42,481 nt of DNA from Gammaproteobacteria bacterium (lineage in GTDB: Bacteria; Pseudomonadota; Gammaproteobacteria; SZUA-229): contig JAFLJY010000220.1 of NCBI GenBank assembly GCA_022712755.1, positions 1 to 42,481 of the forward strand, given 5' to 3'. Shown here piece after piece: positions 33,085 through 41,466 of the stretch (position 1 is its first letter; every line of letters starts with the position of its first letter). Made by a program: the position numbers and the translations under genes. A model generated the notes under the pieces. That model ran no database searches. It saw nothing but the letters and a program-made list of their open reading frames with translations, and was not told where the DNA came from.

Positions 33085-35265
33085 ATGTTTCAATTAAAAA
33101 CATTGTCGAATCGATTGTTGGCGGTTACGGTGGCAGGGATTACCTTACTGCTGGTTTTACTTTCTGTTATCTCTATTTTGTATACCAATCGTATGGTGTC
33201 GCAGTATTCGACGCTAGTGGCCAATTCAATTGAAGTTAAACTTGAAATAGCAACCGCCCATCTTTGGCTCGAAGAAGTTATCTCGGGTGATCTGCATGAA
33301 TCGATAGAAACAGTCTGGTTATTCCATGATAAAGCCAGCCACCATCTTGATGAAATACTTAAATGCAGTCGTGATCCGCTGATTAATGTTGGCTCTGTTG
33401 ATTTTTTTCAAATTCGACAGGATATTAACCATATAAAAAACAAGCTGGCTCAATTTCGTAATATTACGCTGGAGCGTTTTAATTCAATAGAGTACGCCGG
33501 AGCGGGCAGTGAAATTGACCAGATATATGATGCTGCCTTTGTTGATCTTCTGAAGCAAATAGATAAAGTTATTAAAAAATTGAAGTCATTCAGCAAAGAT
33601 GATCTTGAGCAGTTTAATCTCATTCAGTTATTGCTCATTTTATTGATTCTGATTACAGCAACGGTTTTCGGTTTTGTTTTATATCTTTATCAAAAACGTT
33701 TGATGGCTTTATATAATAAGCAACTGGTTATTAACCGGTCGCTAAGTGAAACTGAAACACGGTTACAGGATATCGCTTTTTGCGGGGGTGACTGGATTTG
33801 GGAGGTGGACTCATCAGGTCGTTATACCTATGCCAGTGAAAATGTTGTTGATATCATGGGTTATTATCCGGATGAAATTATTGGTCGCACACCTTTTGAT
33901 TTAATGCCGGCAGAAGAAAGCAAACGCGTTGCCCAATTGTTTGCGGAAATTGTAAAGAAACAGGGCAAAATTACAGATCTGGATAATCTGGGTATTCATA
34001 AAAACGGGAAATATATCTATTTGAGAACAAATGCTGTGCCCGTTTTTGATGCCAGTGGCCAGCTAACCGGTTATCGGGGTGTTGATAAAGACATTACCGA
34101 GCAGAAGGCGATGAATGATTTGTTGATGCGTACCCAGAAGATGGATGCATTAGGAAAGCTCACCGGTAGCATGGTGCATGATTTTAATAACATGCTCGGT
34201 GCGATCAAGAATTCTGCGGAGCTGTTACAAAATAAGTTATCCGTTGATGACAAATTAAACAAATATGTGCAGCAAATTTATAGTGTTGCTGAAGGGGCAA
34301 AGAAACTCACCGCAAAATTGCTTGCCTTTACAAATAATGAAAGTGACTCTACAGCAGAAACAGACATCAACCAGTTGTTAAGAGATGACCAGCATATGCT
34401 GGAGAGGTCACTGGGTGACCGTATTAGGTTAGCTTATGAGCTGGAAGTGGATTTATGGAATGTATGTCTGGACCGATCTGCGCTGCAAGATGCCATCCTG
34501 AATATCAGCAATAATGCCATGCATGCCATTACTGATACCGGTGTCTTCACCATAACAACAAAAAACGTCAGCCTGACGGCAGAAGATGGCGGCCAGTTGA
34601 ATATAAAACCGGGTGATTATGTAAAACTATCCTTTGTGGATACGGGTGTTGGTATGGATGAAACAACACAACAAAAAGCATTTGATCCCTTTTTTACTAC
34701 CAAAGGTGACAGTGGCACTGGTCTGGGTTTAAGTCAGGTTTATGGTTTTGCACAACAGTCTGGTGGTGCAATTCAGGTGTATTCAAAACCTGAACAGGGA
34801 ACACAGATGGTGATTTATCTACCGCGTTGTTTATCTTCGGCTACTGATGAGCCGGTAGTGAAAACGGCGGACACATCGTGGGATTATTCAGGCGATGAAA
34901 CTATTTTAGTTGTGGATGATGAAGGTGAGTTATGTGGTCTGGCAAAAGATTTTCTTACTAAACATGGCTACAAAGTGCTGTGCGCACAAAGCGGTGAGAA
35001 AGCATTAGACATACTGGAAAATGAGACCGTTGATTTACTGTTCAGTGATGTCGTCATGCCGGGCATGGGTGGATACGAGCTGGCATCCACAGTGAAAAAG
35101 AATTACCCCGATATAATAATACAGATGGCGAGTGGTTTTAGTAACCTGCGCCATGAGCGCAAGTTTGATGAAAAATTGCATCAGCAACGATTGCTGAAAC
35201 CCTATGGTTCTAAAATACTGCTGCATCGAATAAGGGAGTTGCTGGATAGAGCGCATGCTGCTTAA
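33085..35265 (+). CDS. Hybrid sensor histidine kinase (TM-helical sensor-TM-PAS-HisKA-HATPase-REC)
   Basis: PAS 'GDWIWEVDSSGRYTYASENV', H-box 'LTGSMVHDFNNML', 'GTGLGLSQVYGF', and receiver 'ILVVDDE...LFSDVVMPG'. Confidence 0.85.
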   Translation: MFQLKTLSNRLLAVTVAGITLLLVLLSVISILYTNRMVSQYSTLVANSIEVKLEIATAHLWLEEVISGDLHESIETVWLFHDKASHHLDEILKCSRDPLINVGSVDFFQIRQDINHIKNKLAQFRNITLERFNSIEYAGAGSEIDQIYDAAFVDLLKQIDKVIKKLKSFSKDDLEQFNLIQLLLILLILITATVFGFVLYLYQKRLMALYNKQLVINRSLSETETRLQDIAFCGGDWIWEVDSSGRYTYASENVVDIMGYYPDEIIGRTPFDLMPAEESKRVAQLFAEIVKKQGKITDLDNLGIHKNGKYIYLRTNAVPVFDASGQLTGYRGVDKDITEQKAMNDLLMRTQKMDALGKLTGSMVHDFNNMLGAIKNSAELLQNKLSVDDKLNKYVQQIYSVAEGAKKLTAKLLAFTNNESDSTAETDINQLLRDDQHMLERSLGDRIRLAYELEVDLWNVCLDRSALQDAILNISNNAMHAITDTGVFTITTKNVSLTAEDGGQLNIKPGDYVKLSFVDTGVGMDETTQQKAFDPFFTTKGDSGTGLGLSQVYGFAQQSGGAIQVYSKPEQGTQMVIYLPRCLSSATDEPVVKTADTSWDYSGDETILVVDDEGELCGLAKDFLTKHGYKVLCAQSGEKALDILENETVDLLFSDVVMPGMGGYELASTVKKNYPDIIIQMASGFSNLRHERKFDEKLHQQRLLKPYGSKILLHRIRELLDRAHAA

Positions 35266-35310
35266 TGGTTGGGTTAAGGTACATGAGTTTATATTTTATC
35301 TGATAGATAG

Positions 35311-35510
35311 TGTCAGATATGGAATGACTGATTTCGACACAAAAGAGAAGTTGGCAGTCGGCAGTTATCAGTCGGCAGTAAAAGCAAAACCATAGTTTGT
35401 GCTACACAGCCTGCGGCTTTTAGGTTATTTTGTTTTTAACTGCAAACTGATAACTGCCAACTTCTCTAAATGACCGAACTCAGTCATTCGCTTGATGAGT
35501 AAATCTGACA
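35311..35510. repeat. ~200-bp imperfect palindrome with GGCAGT/ACTGCC hexamer repeats
   Basis: Paired blocks: TGTCAGAT 35311-18 with ATCTGACA 35503-10; GAATGACTGATTTCG 35322-36 with CGAACTCAGTCATTC 35475-89; AGAGAAGTTGGCAG 35344-57 with CTGCCAACTTCTCT 35454-67. An 11-nt direct repeat CAGTCGGCAGT occurs at 35355-65 and 35369-79. Confidence 0.55.
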
Positions 35511-35574
35511 TACATTTGTCAAATTAAACCTGTGTTACTACAGTTAAGAGCAGTGAATTAGCGCTCTTCAGTCT

Positions 35575-36786
35575 TCACGCAGCCGTTTCCTGTCTTGTTT
35601 TAGCCCAATTCATCAATTCACTGCCTGACATTGGTTTTGCTATAAAATAACCCTGCGCCAGATCGCAGCCCATCTGTTTTAGTAGTTCGAGTTGCTGCTC
35701 TGTTTCTACGCCTTCAGCCACAACTCGCATGTTGAGTTCATGTCCAAGCATAATGCAGGTTTTGACAATTGCCCTTGCCTCATTATCTTCGCCCATCTTG
35801 CTGACGAAACTACGGTCTATTTTTAACTCGCTAAAGGGTATGCGATGCAGCTGTGATAACGAAGAGTAACCGGTACCAAAATCATCAATGGATAAGTTGA
35901 TGCCTTTTAGACGCAGGCGAGTAAGGATGTCGAGTGAAGTAACCAGCTTGCCCATTAAGGCGCTTTCGGTTATTTCCAGGGTAAGATGAGTGGCATCCAG
36001 TTTATTGTCATCTAAAAGTTCGGCAAGTTGCTCAGGCAACATCAGGCCGGTGATGTCGAGTGCAGACATATTAACCGACACGTCCATGCTGAAACCCGCG
36101 CCCTGACATAGTTGCCCCTGTTTTACTGCTTTTTCTAGCACCCAACGTGTTAGCACATTCATCATGCTGCTCTGTTCTACCAGAGGTAAAAAGTGCTCGG
36201 GATAGATTATTCCCTGTTCAGGATGTTGCCAGCGTACAAGTGCCTCTACTCCCACCATTGACCCTGTTGTTATTTCAATTTGAGGTTGAAAGTGCAGGAT
36301 CAATTGTTCGCCTTGAATAGCTTGTTGTACGTTTAATATTGCAATCTCAGCTTTGGCTGAGTGAGAACTGTCAGGTTTTTGATTTCTGATATCTGGGTTT
36401 GTGATATTTGGACTATGTTGATCAAATAGTTGTAATAAAGTATCAAGTGACAGGGGTTTTCTAAAGCAGCCGATAACCTCAAGACCATGGGCTTTACATA
36501 GTTTTTCAGCAGAATGCAGCACGCCGGTGTCATGCCCGCTAAGCAGGATTAATGCGGGTGTATTTTGCATTTGTGCCAGACGTCGCATCACTTCTATACC
36601 ATCCATTTCTGGCATATGCAGATCCAGCATCATAATCGAATCGGCTTCAAACTCAGTTACCTGCTCAAACAACTGGCTGGCACGAGTATAACCACGGGCA
36701 CTAAATCCAGCCAGGTCAGCCATTTCGCTATGCAGTTCTACCAGTGCTTCTTCATCATCAAGCAGATAGATTGTGGGTTTGGTCAT
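35575..36786 (-). CDS. Response regulator with EAL domain (c-di-GMP phosphodiesterase type)
   Basis: Receiver 'IYLLDDE...MLDLHMPEMDG'. EAL signatures 'EALVRW', 'SVNMS', 'LEITES', 'IDDFGTGYSS', 'LKIDRSF', 'VAEGVET', 'AQGY'. Confidence 0.85.
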   Translation of the reverse strand: MTKPTIYLLDDEEALVELHSEMADLAGFSARGYTRASQLFEQVTEFEADSIMMLDLHMPEMDGIEVMRRLAQMQNTPALILLSGHDTGVLHSAEKLCKAHGLEVIGCFRKPLSLDTLLQLFDQHSPNITNPDIRNQKPDSSHSAKAEIAILNVQQAIQGEQLILHFQPQIEITTGSMVGVEALVRWQHPEQGIIYPEHFLPLVEQSSMMNVLTRWVLEKAVKQGQLCQGAGFSMDVSVNMSALDITGLMLPEQLAELLDDNKLDATHLTLEITESALMGKLVTSLDILTRLRLKGINLSIDDFGTGYSSLSQLHRIPFSELKIDRSFVSKMGEDNEARAIVKTCIMLGHELNMRVVAEGVETEQQLELLKQMGCDLAQGYFIAKPMSGSELMNWAKTRQETAA

Positions 36787-37110
36787 GCGTTAATTTCCGT
36801 CCTGTCTGTCAGTAATATGCAGTAACTCATAATATAATTTTTTACTTTCAATTATTTTATGTTTTGTACTATGAATTGTTTGGTGATACAACACACTAAT
36901 ATAATATATTACGTTTAGCGTATTAGAGTGTAGTTGAAGTTTATAAAAAAGTACCTGTGATAAATGTCATATGATTGTCCTGTTTAATTCGTTAAAATGA
37001 TTCAAAGATAAAAGTCACCCGTTGAACAAATAATCAATCTATTCATGTTTATCTCGATAGTATTAAAAAGTCTGTCGAGAAATGAAATATTGATGGAGAG
37101 AGGAGCAAGA

Positions 37111-38103
37111 ATGATGAGAGTTAAAAATATTTTCTGGCTGATAACGGCAAGTTTTTTGCTAGTGAATGCCAATGTGTTTGCTGATGATTTACTGGTATCT
37201 CGCGCAAACCGTATTTTCTCACCTTTGCCGGAAGCTATGCCAGGGTCGGAGAATGACACAGCAGAGCGTATTGCACTAGGAAAAAAACTTTTTTTTGAAA
37301 AACGCTTGTCGATAAATGATACGCAGTCCTGTGCATCCTGCCACATCCTGGACAAAGGTTTTGCCGGGGTTGATAATCTACCCACTTCGCCCGGTGCAAG
37401 AGGTGAGCAGGGAACACGTAACAGCCCGACAGTATTAAATGCCGGTTGGCAGGATAGTCAATTTTGGGATGGTCGAGCAGAAGATTTGGTTGAGCAGGCA
37501 AAAGGACCTATTCTTAACCCGATTGAAATGGGTATGCCCGACGAAAAAACAGTGGAGAAAAAAATACAGGGTATTGCTGAATATCAGACTACTTTCGCAA
37601 AAGCCTTCCCCGGTGATAAGCCGGCCATAACCTACCAGAATATAGCCGAGGCCATTGCCGCTTTTGAGCGTACCTTAATAACACCGAGCCGTTTTGATGA
37701 TTTTATGAAAGGTGATGTTGCTGCATTAAGTATCACTGAAAAACGTGGTTTAAAAACTTTTATGAAGCTTGATTGCCAGTCATGCCATGATGGAATATTG
37801 CTGGGTGGTGAAACTTATGAGCCACTCGGTAAGGAAAACCCTTATGAAAACCAGGCTGATCAGGGAATGTTTTTGGTGACAAAAGATGAAGCTGATCGCA
37901 TGTTCTTCAAGGTGGCGCAACTGCGTAATATTGCCTTAACCGCACCGTATTTCCATGATGGAAAAATTGAAACACTGGATAAGGCCGTGCGCAAAATGGG
38001 CAAGCTGCAACTGGATGAAGAGCTTACCGATCAGCAGGTAAATGATGTCGTCAGTTTTTTGAAAGCTTTGACGGGCAAAAATAGAGAGCAGTACGTTAAA
38101 TAA
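37111..38103 (+). CDS. Di-haem cytochrome c peroxidase (CCP/MauG family)
   Basis: Two CxxCH sites ('CASCH', 'CQSCH') and 'APYFHDG'. The ATG at 37111, preceded by GGAGAGAGGAG, gives a signal peptide 'MMRVKNIFWLITASFLLVNANVFA'. The track start at 37045 is unlikely. Confidence 0.85.
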   Translation: MMRVKNIFWLITASFLLVNANVFADDLLVSRANRIFSPLPEAMPGSENDTAERIALGKKLFFEKRLSINDTQSCASCHILDKGFAGVDNLPTSPGARGEQGTRNSPTVLNAGWQDSQFWDGRAEDLVEQAKGPILNPIEMGMPDEKTVEKKIQGIAEYQTTFAKAFPGDKPAITYQNIAEAIAAFERTLITPSRFDDFMKGDVAALSITEKRGLKTFMKLDCQSCHDGILLGGETYEPLGKENPYENQADQGMFLVTKDEADRMFFKVAQLRNIALTAPYFHDGKIETLDKAVRKMGKLQLDEELTDQQVNDVVSFLKALTGKNREQYVK

Positions 38104-38113
38104 GACGTAGCCG

Positions 38114-38635
38114 TTATTCTTTTCCACCTGAATGATGTAAAAATTGCTGGATAAATTTATCCAGCAATTTTTTATTATCCAGTTCGCTGTCTTCAATGAC
38201 GGGTAATTCTGGATAAGTTTCACACAATTTTTTTGCAAAAATACCACGACCGGTTTCACTTACACAGCGCCCATCGATATAAACCGGGGTGCTGTTCAGG
38301 CCGCAACTGGGTGAGCGGCTTTTTAAGATAAAACCCGAAAGATTTTTTAGCTCAGTGACTTTTGTCTGGCAATAGGTTTGCATGATGGCGGTGATATCTA
38401 TGGTCGGATCATAACGACCAATAAGTTCTGGGTTTTCAATGTTGCCGGTAAGTTGCACAGGTGGCCGTGGAACGCTCAACCCGGCTTCAACTTCCGGGCA
38501 AATTGAAATAAGCTTGAATAGTTTATTCAGTTTTTTTATAACAATGGAATTGGGTTTTGAGTGGCCATCATAACGCACTGCATCACCCAGCAGGCATTGA
38601 CTTACGCCGATTAGTGGTTTTAAATTTTTAACCAT
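38114..38635 (-). CDS. DUF523-family protein (TudS-like Fe-S desulfidase family)
   Basis: 'IGVSQCLLGDAVRYDG', 'CPEVEAGLSVPRPP' and 'KSRSPSCG' conserved Cys motifs. The start was chosen at 'MVKNLKP' (38635) to avoid overlap with hemH. Confidence 0.7.
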   Translation of the reverse strand: MVKNLKPLIGVSQCLLGDAVRYDGHSKPNSIVIKKLNKLFKLISICPEVEAGLSVPRPPVQLTGNIENPELIGRYDPTIDITAIMQTYCQTKVTELKNLSGFILKSRSPSCGLNSTPVYIDGRCVSETGRGIFAKKLCETYPELPVIEDSELDNKKLLDKFIQQFLHHSGGKE

Positions 38636-38642
38636 TAACCAT

Positions 38643-39746
38643 TCACTTCCGTGCCCCCATATCCAACGCACGTTGTCTGGATGTATTGGCTGCTAGCGCA
38701 AGCTTGTCGGCATCCCCGTCAGGCATGGTTTCCGGCCAGCCGGACATGTGGCTGGTGAGCACTTCGTACAGTGCATCAATATGATCTTTATTATCGTTTA
38801 AGCAGGCGATGTAATTAAACTGCTCTCCACCGGCCTCAATAAACAGTTCTCTATTTTCCACCTGGATTTCTTCCAGTGTTTCCAGGCAATCGGCAGAAAA
38901 TCCGGGGCAGATGACATCGACACTTTTTACACCTGCTGCGGGTAGCTCCTGTAGTGTCACACTACAATAAGGTTCTAACCAGGGTTCGCGGCCAAAACGT
39001 GACTGAAACACAAGTTTCCATTCATCGGCTTTTAGTTGCAGGTTTTCTGCAACCAGGCGTGTGGTTTTTAAACAGTGGCAATAATAAGGGTCGCCACGGT
39101 CAATATAACGTTGCGGAATGCCGTGAAAAGAAAACAGCAGTAAGTCACCACGTTTATTCTCGCGCCATTGTTTTTTTATACTGTTGGCCAGTGCTTCGAT
39201 ATATTTTTCGTGATCGTGATATTGGTTGATCATGCGTAGATCGGGCAGCCAGCGCCAGCCTTTAAGGACATCGGTAACCTGGTCAAAGACCGCAGCGGTG
39301 GTAGTGGCGGAATACTGAGGGTATAAAGGCAACATTAGTAGACGACGGGCACCGGCATTGCGCAAGGCTTCCAGTCCACTTTTTATTGATGGCTTGCCAT
39401 ACGTCATGGCCATGTCGGCAATGACAGAACCATGGAAGTGATCTTCCAGTTTTTTTTGTATCGCCTGTGTTTGTAATCGGGTGATATGAACCAATGGCGA
39501 GCCGTTATCAGTCCATATTTTTTTATATAGTTTTGCTGATCGTGGCGGGCGGACGCGCAAAATCACGCCATGCAGGGCAAACCACCAGATTAAACGGTTG
39601 GCTTCGACCACACGGGGGTCGCCCAGAAATTGCGCCAGGTATTTTCGAACGGCTGAGGATGTCGGTGCATCGGGTGAACCGAGGTTAACCAGTAATATGC
39701 CCAGTTTTTCCTGTGCGCCATGAGTGTAAGTGTTTTTTTCTGACAC
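38643..39746 (-). CDS. hemH: Ferrochelatase
   Basis: GTG start. 'GILLVNLGSPDAPT', 'PLYPQYSATTT', 'FSFHGIP', 'VICPGFSADCLETLEEI'. Confidence 0.9.
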   Translation of the reverse strand: MSEKNTYTHGAQEKLGILLVNLGSPDAPTSSAVRKYLAQFLGDPRVVEANRLIWWFALHGVILRVRPPRSAKLYKKIWTDNGSPLVHITRLQTQAIQKKLEDHFHGSVIADMAMTYGKPSIKSGLEALRNAGARRLLMLPLYPQYSATTTAAVFDQVTDVLKGWRWLPDLRMINQYHDHEKYIEALANSIKKQWRENKRGDLLLFSFHGIPQRYIDRGDPYYCHCLKTTRLVAENLQLKADEWKLVFQSRFGREPWLEPYCSVTLQELPAAGVKSVDVICPGFSADCLETLEEIQVENRELFIEAGGEQFNYIACLNDNKDHIDALYEVLTSHMSGWPETMPDGDADKLALAANTSRQRALDMGARK

Positions 39747-40034
39747 AATAGTATTTTATGTTGTTGATTGAGTGCGAAGGGTGACAGATTTGCCTATTTT
39801 GCTCAAGCCAAATTTAAATTATGAAACCTTTTTGCTGGTTTGTGCGCTGGTTTGCGCATGTGTAGTAATAGTGGTTCACTATGTTTTCTTTTTTAAAGGC
39901 GAAAGTCAGGCGGAATATTCATGAGTTAATGTTTTGTTGAATTTTTAGCAAGAATGACTACAATCGTTAGACTATGTTTAAGAATGCTGTAACATCCGAC
40001 CATTATTTTTACTGTAAACGTATCAGGAGTTCCC

Positions 40035-41156
40035 ATGCCAACAAGGCTGGTTGTACCAAATGAAGTAGCCCCGGGTGAGAGACGCATTGCGTTGGCGCCA
40101 GAGGTGGCTAAAAAGTTTATCGCGACAGGCGTAAGCATTTCTATGCAGCAAGGTGCTGCTTTGTCCTCCTATTTTAGAGATGAAGATTTTACTGATGTCG
40201 AAACAGTGGCTGATGCTGCTGCATTGTACAAAGATGCTGATCTTATATTTAAAGTCATGCCACCTACGCTCGATGAACTCAAGCAGATGAAAGATGGCTG
40301 CACCGTGGTTGGTTTTATGATACCCAGTAAAAACGCCGATATGATGAAGCTGATGTGTGATAAAAAGATCACCTCGCTGGCAATGGAGCTGGTGCCACGT
40401 ATTACCCGTGCGCAATCAATGGATGCTTTATCTTCACAGGCATCCATTGCCGGTTATATGGGTGTATTGATGGGAGCACAGTTAGCACCGGTGTTCTTCC
40501 CGATGCTGACCACCGCCGCAGGCACTATTCGTCCGGCGAGGGTATTAGTTATTGGTGTCGGTGTTGCTGGTTTGCAGGCGATTGCTACGGCAAAACGTCT
40601 GGGTGCCATTGTTGAGGCTTATGATGTCCGTTCGGCAACGCGCGAGCAAGTTGAGTCTTTAGGCGGTAAGTTTATTGATACTGGTGTGAGTGCCGATGGC
40701 GAAGGTGGTTATGCACGTGAGCTAACCGATGATGAAAAACAGCAGCAGCAGGATGTACTGGCAAAACATATATCCATGGCTGATGTCATTATCAGCACGG
40801 CAGCCATTCCGGGTCGTCCATCACCAAAGATTATTACGCAAGCCATGGTTGAAGATATGAAAACCGGCGCGGTAATTGTTGATCTTGCATCGGAAGGTGG
40901 CGGTAATTGTGAGCTGACTAAACCGGGTGAAACAATTGAATATAAAGATCGTGTCACCATTCATGGTCCGTTAAATGTTGCTGGCGAATTACCGATTCAT
41001 GCCAGTGAAATGTATGCCAAAAATTTATTTAATCTGGTGTCACCGTTCATCACTGAAGACGGTAATCTGGAACTGGATTTCGAAGATGATGTGATTGCCG
41101 GTTGCGTGTTAACTCGCGATGGTGAAATCGTGCATCAACAGTATAAAGACAAATAA
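40035..41156 (+). CDS. pntAA: NAD(P) transhydrogenase subunit alpha part 1 (dI domain)
   Basis: 'VPNEVAPGERRIALAPE' start, Rossmann 'VLVIGVGVAGLQAIATAKRLGA', and the 373-aa split-alpha layout. Confidence 0.9.
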   Translation: MPTRLVVPNEVAPGERRIALAPEVAKKFIATGVSISMQQGAALSSYFRDEDFTDVETVADAAALYKDADLIFKVMPPTLDELKQMKDGCTVVGFMIPSKNADMMKLMCDKKITSLAMELVPRITRAQSMDALSSQASIAGYMGVLMGAQLAPVFFPMLTTAAGTIRPARVLVIGVGVAGLQAIATAKRLGAIVEAYDVRSATREQVESLGGKFIDTGVSADGEGGYARELTDDEKQQQQDVLAKHISMADVIISTAAIPGRPSPKIITQAMVEDMKTGAVIVDLASEGGGNCELTKPGETIEYKDRVTIHGPLNVAGELPIHASEMYAKNLFNLVSPFITEDGNLELDFEDDVIAGCVLTRDGEIVHQQYKDK

Positions 41157-41166
41157 GGTTTAAATT

Positions 41167-41466
41167 ATGATTGAAGGTTTACCCGCGTTATACATATTTA
41201 TGTTATCCGCCTTTACCGGCTACGAAGTGATTAGCCGTGTGCCGGTGATTTTACATACGCCATTAATGTCTGGTTCAAATTTTGTCCATGGCATTGTGCT
41301 GGTGGGCGCCATGATAGTGATGGGGAGTGCTGAGGGCGTGTTGGAATTAAGCATCGGTTTTTTTGCTGTTACCATGGCAGCGGGTAATGCGGTAGGCGGT
41401 TTTGTGGCGACCATTCGTATGCTGGATATGTTTCAGACGAAACCTAAAAATGCAGGAGCACAGTAA
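41167..41466 (+). CDS. pntAB: NAD(P) transhydrogenase subunit alpha part 2 (membrane dII fragment)
   Basis: 99 aa with 3 to 4 TM helices, located directly between the dI gene and pntB. Confidence 0.85.
   Translation: MIEGLPALYIFMLSAFTGYEVISRVPVILHTPLMSGSNFVHGIVLVGAMIVMGSAEGVLELSIGFFAVTMAAGNAVGGFVATIRMLDMFQTKPKNAGAQ

Noticed and set aside
37022-37037. FNR/ANR-like box TTGAAC-AAAT-AATCAA upstream of the cytochrome c peroxidase (these genes are often FNR-regulated)
   Set aside because: The half-sites are separated by 6 nt, not the 4 nt of TTGAT-N4-ATCAA, so it does not fit the consensus geometry.
37002-37385. 127-aa minus-strand ORF, and the 37045 plus-strand start upstream of the cytochrome c peroxidase
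   Set aside because: The minus ORF is antisense to a gene with clear CxxCH motifs. The 37045 start would bury the signal peptide, whereas 37111 has a strong RBS and gives a proper signal sequence.
40023-40415. 130-aa and 92-aa minus-strand ORFs inside pntAA. The same kind of ORF occurs at 13204-13983, 5154-5864, 25052-26281, 30083-31411 and 41220-42274.
   Set aside because: All are embedded antisense or out of frame within genes that have strong family signatures, so they are shadow ORFs.
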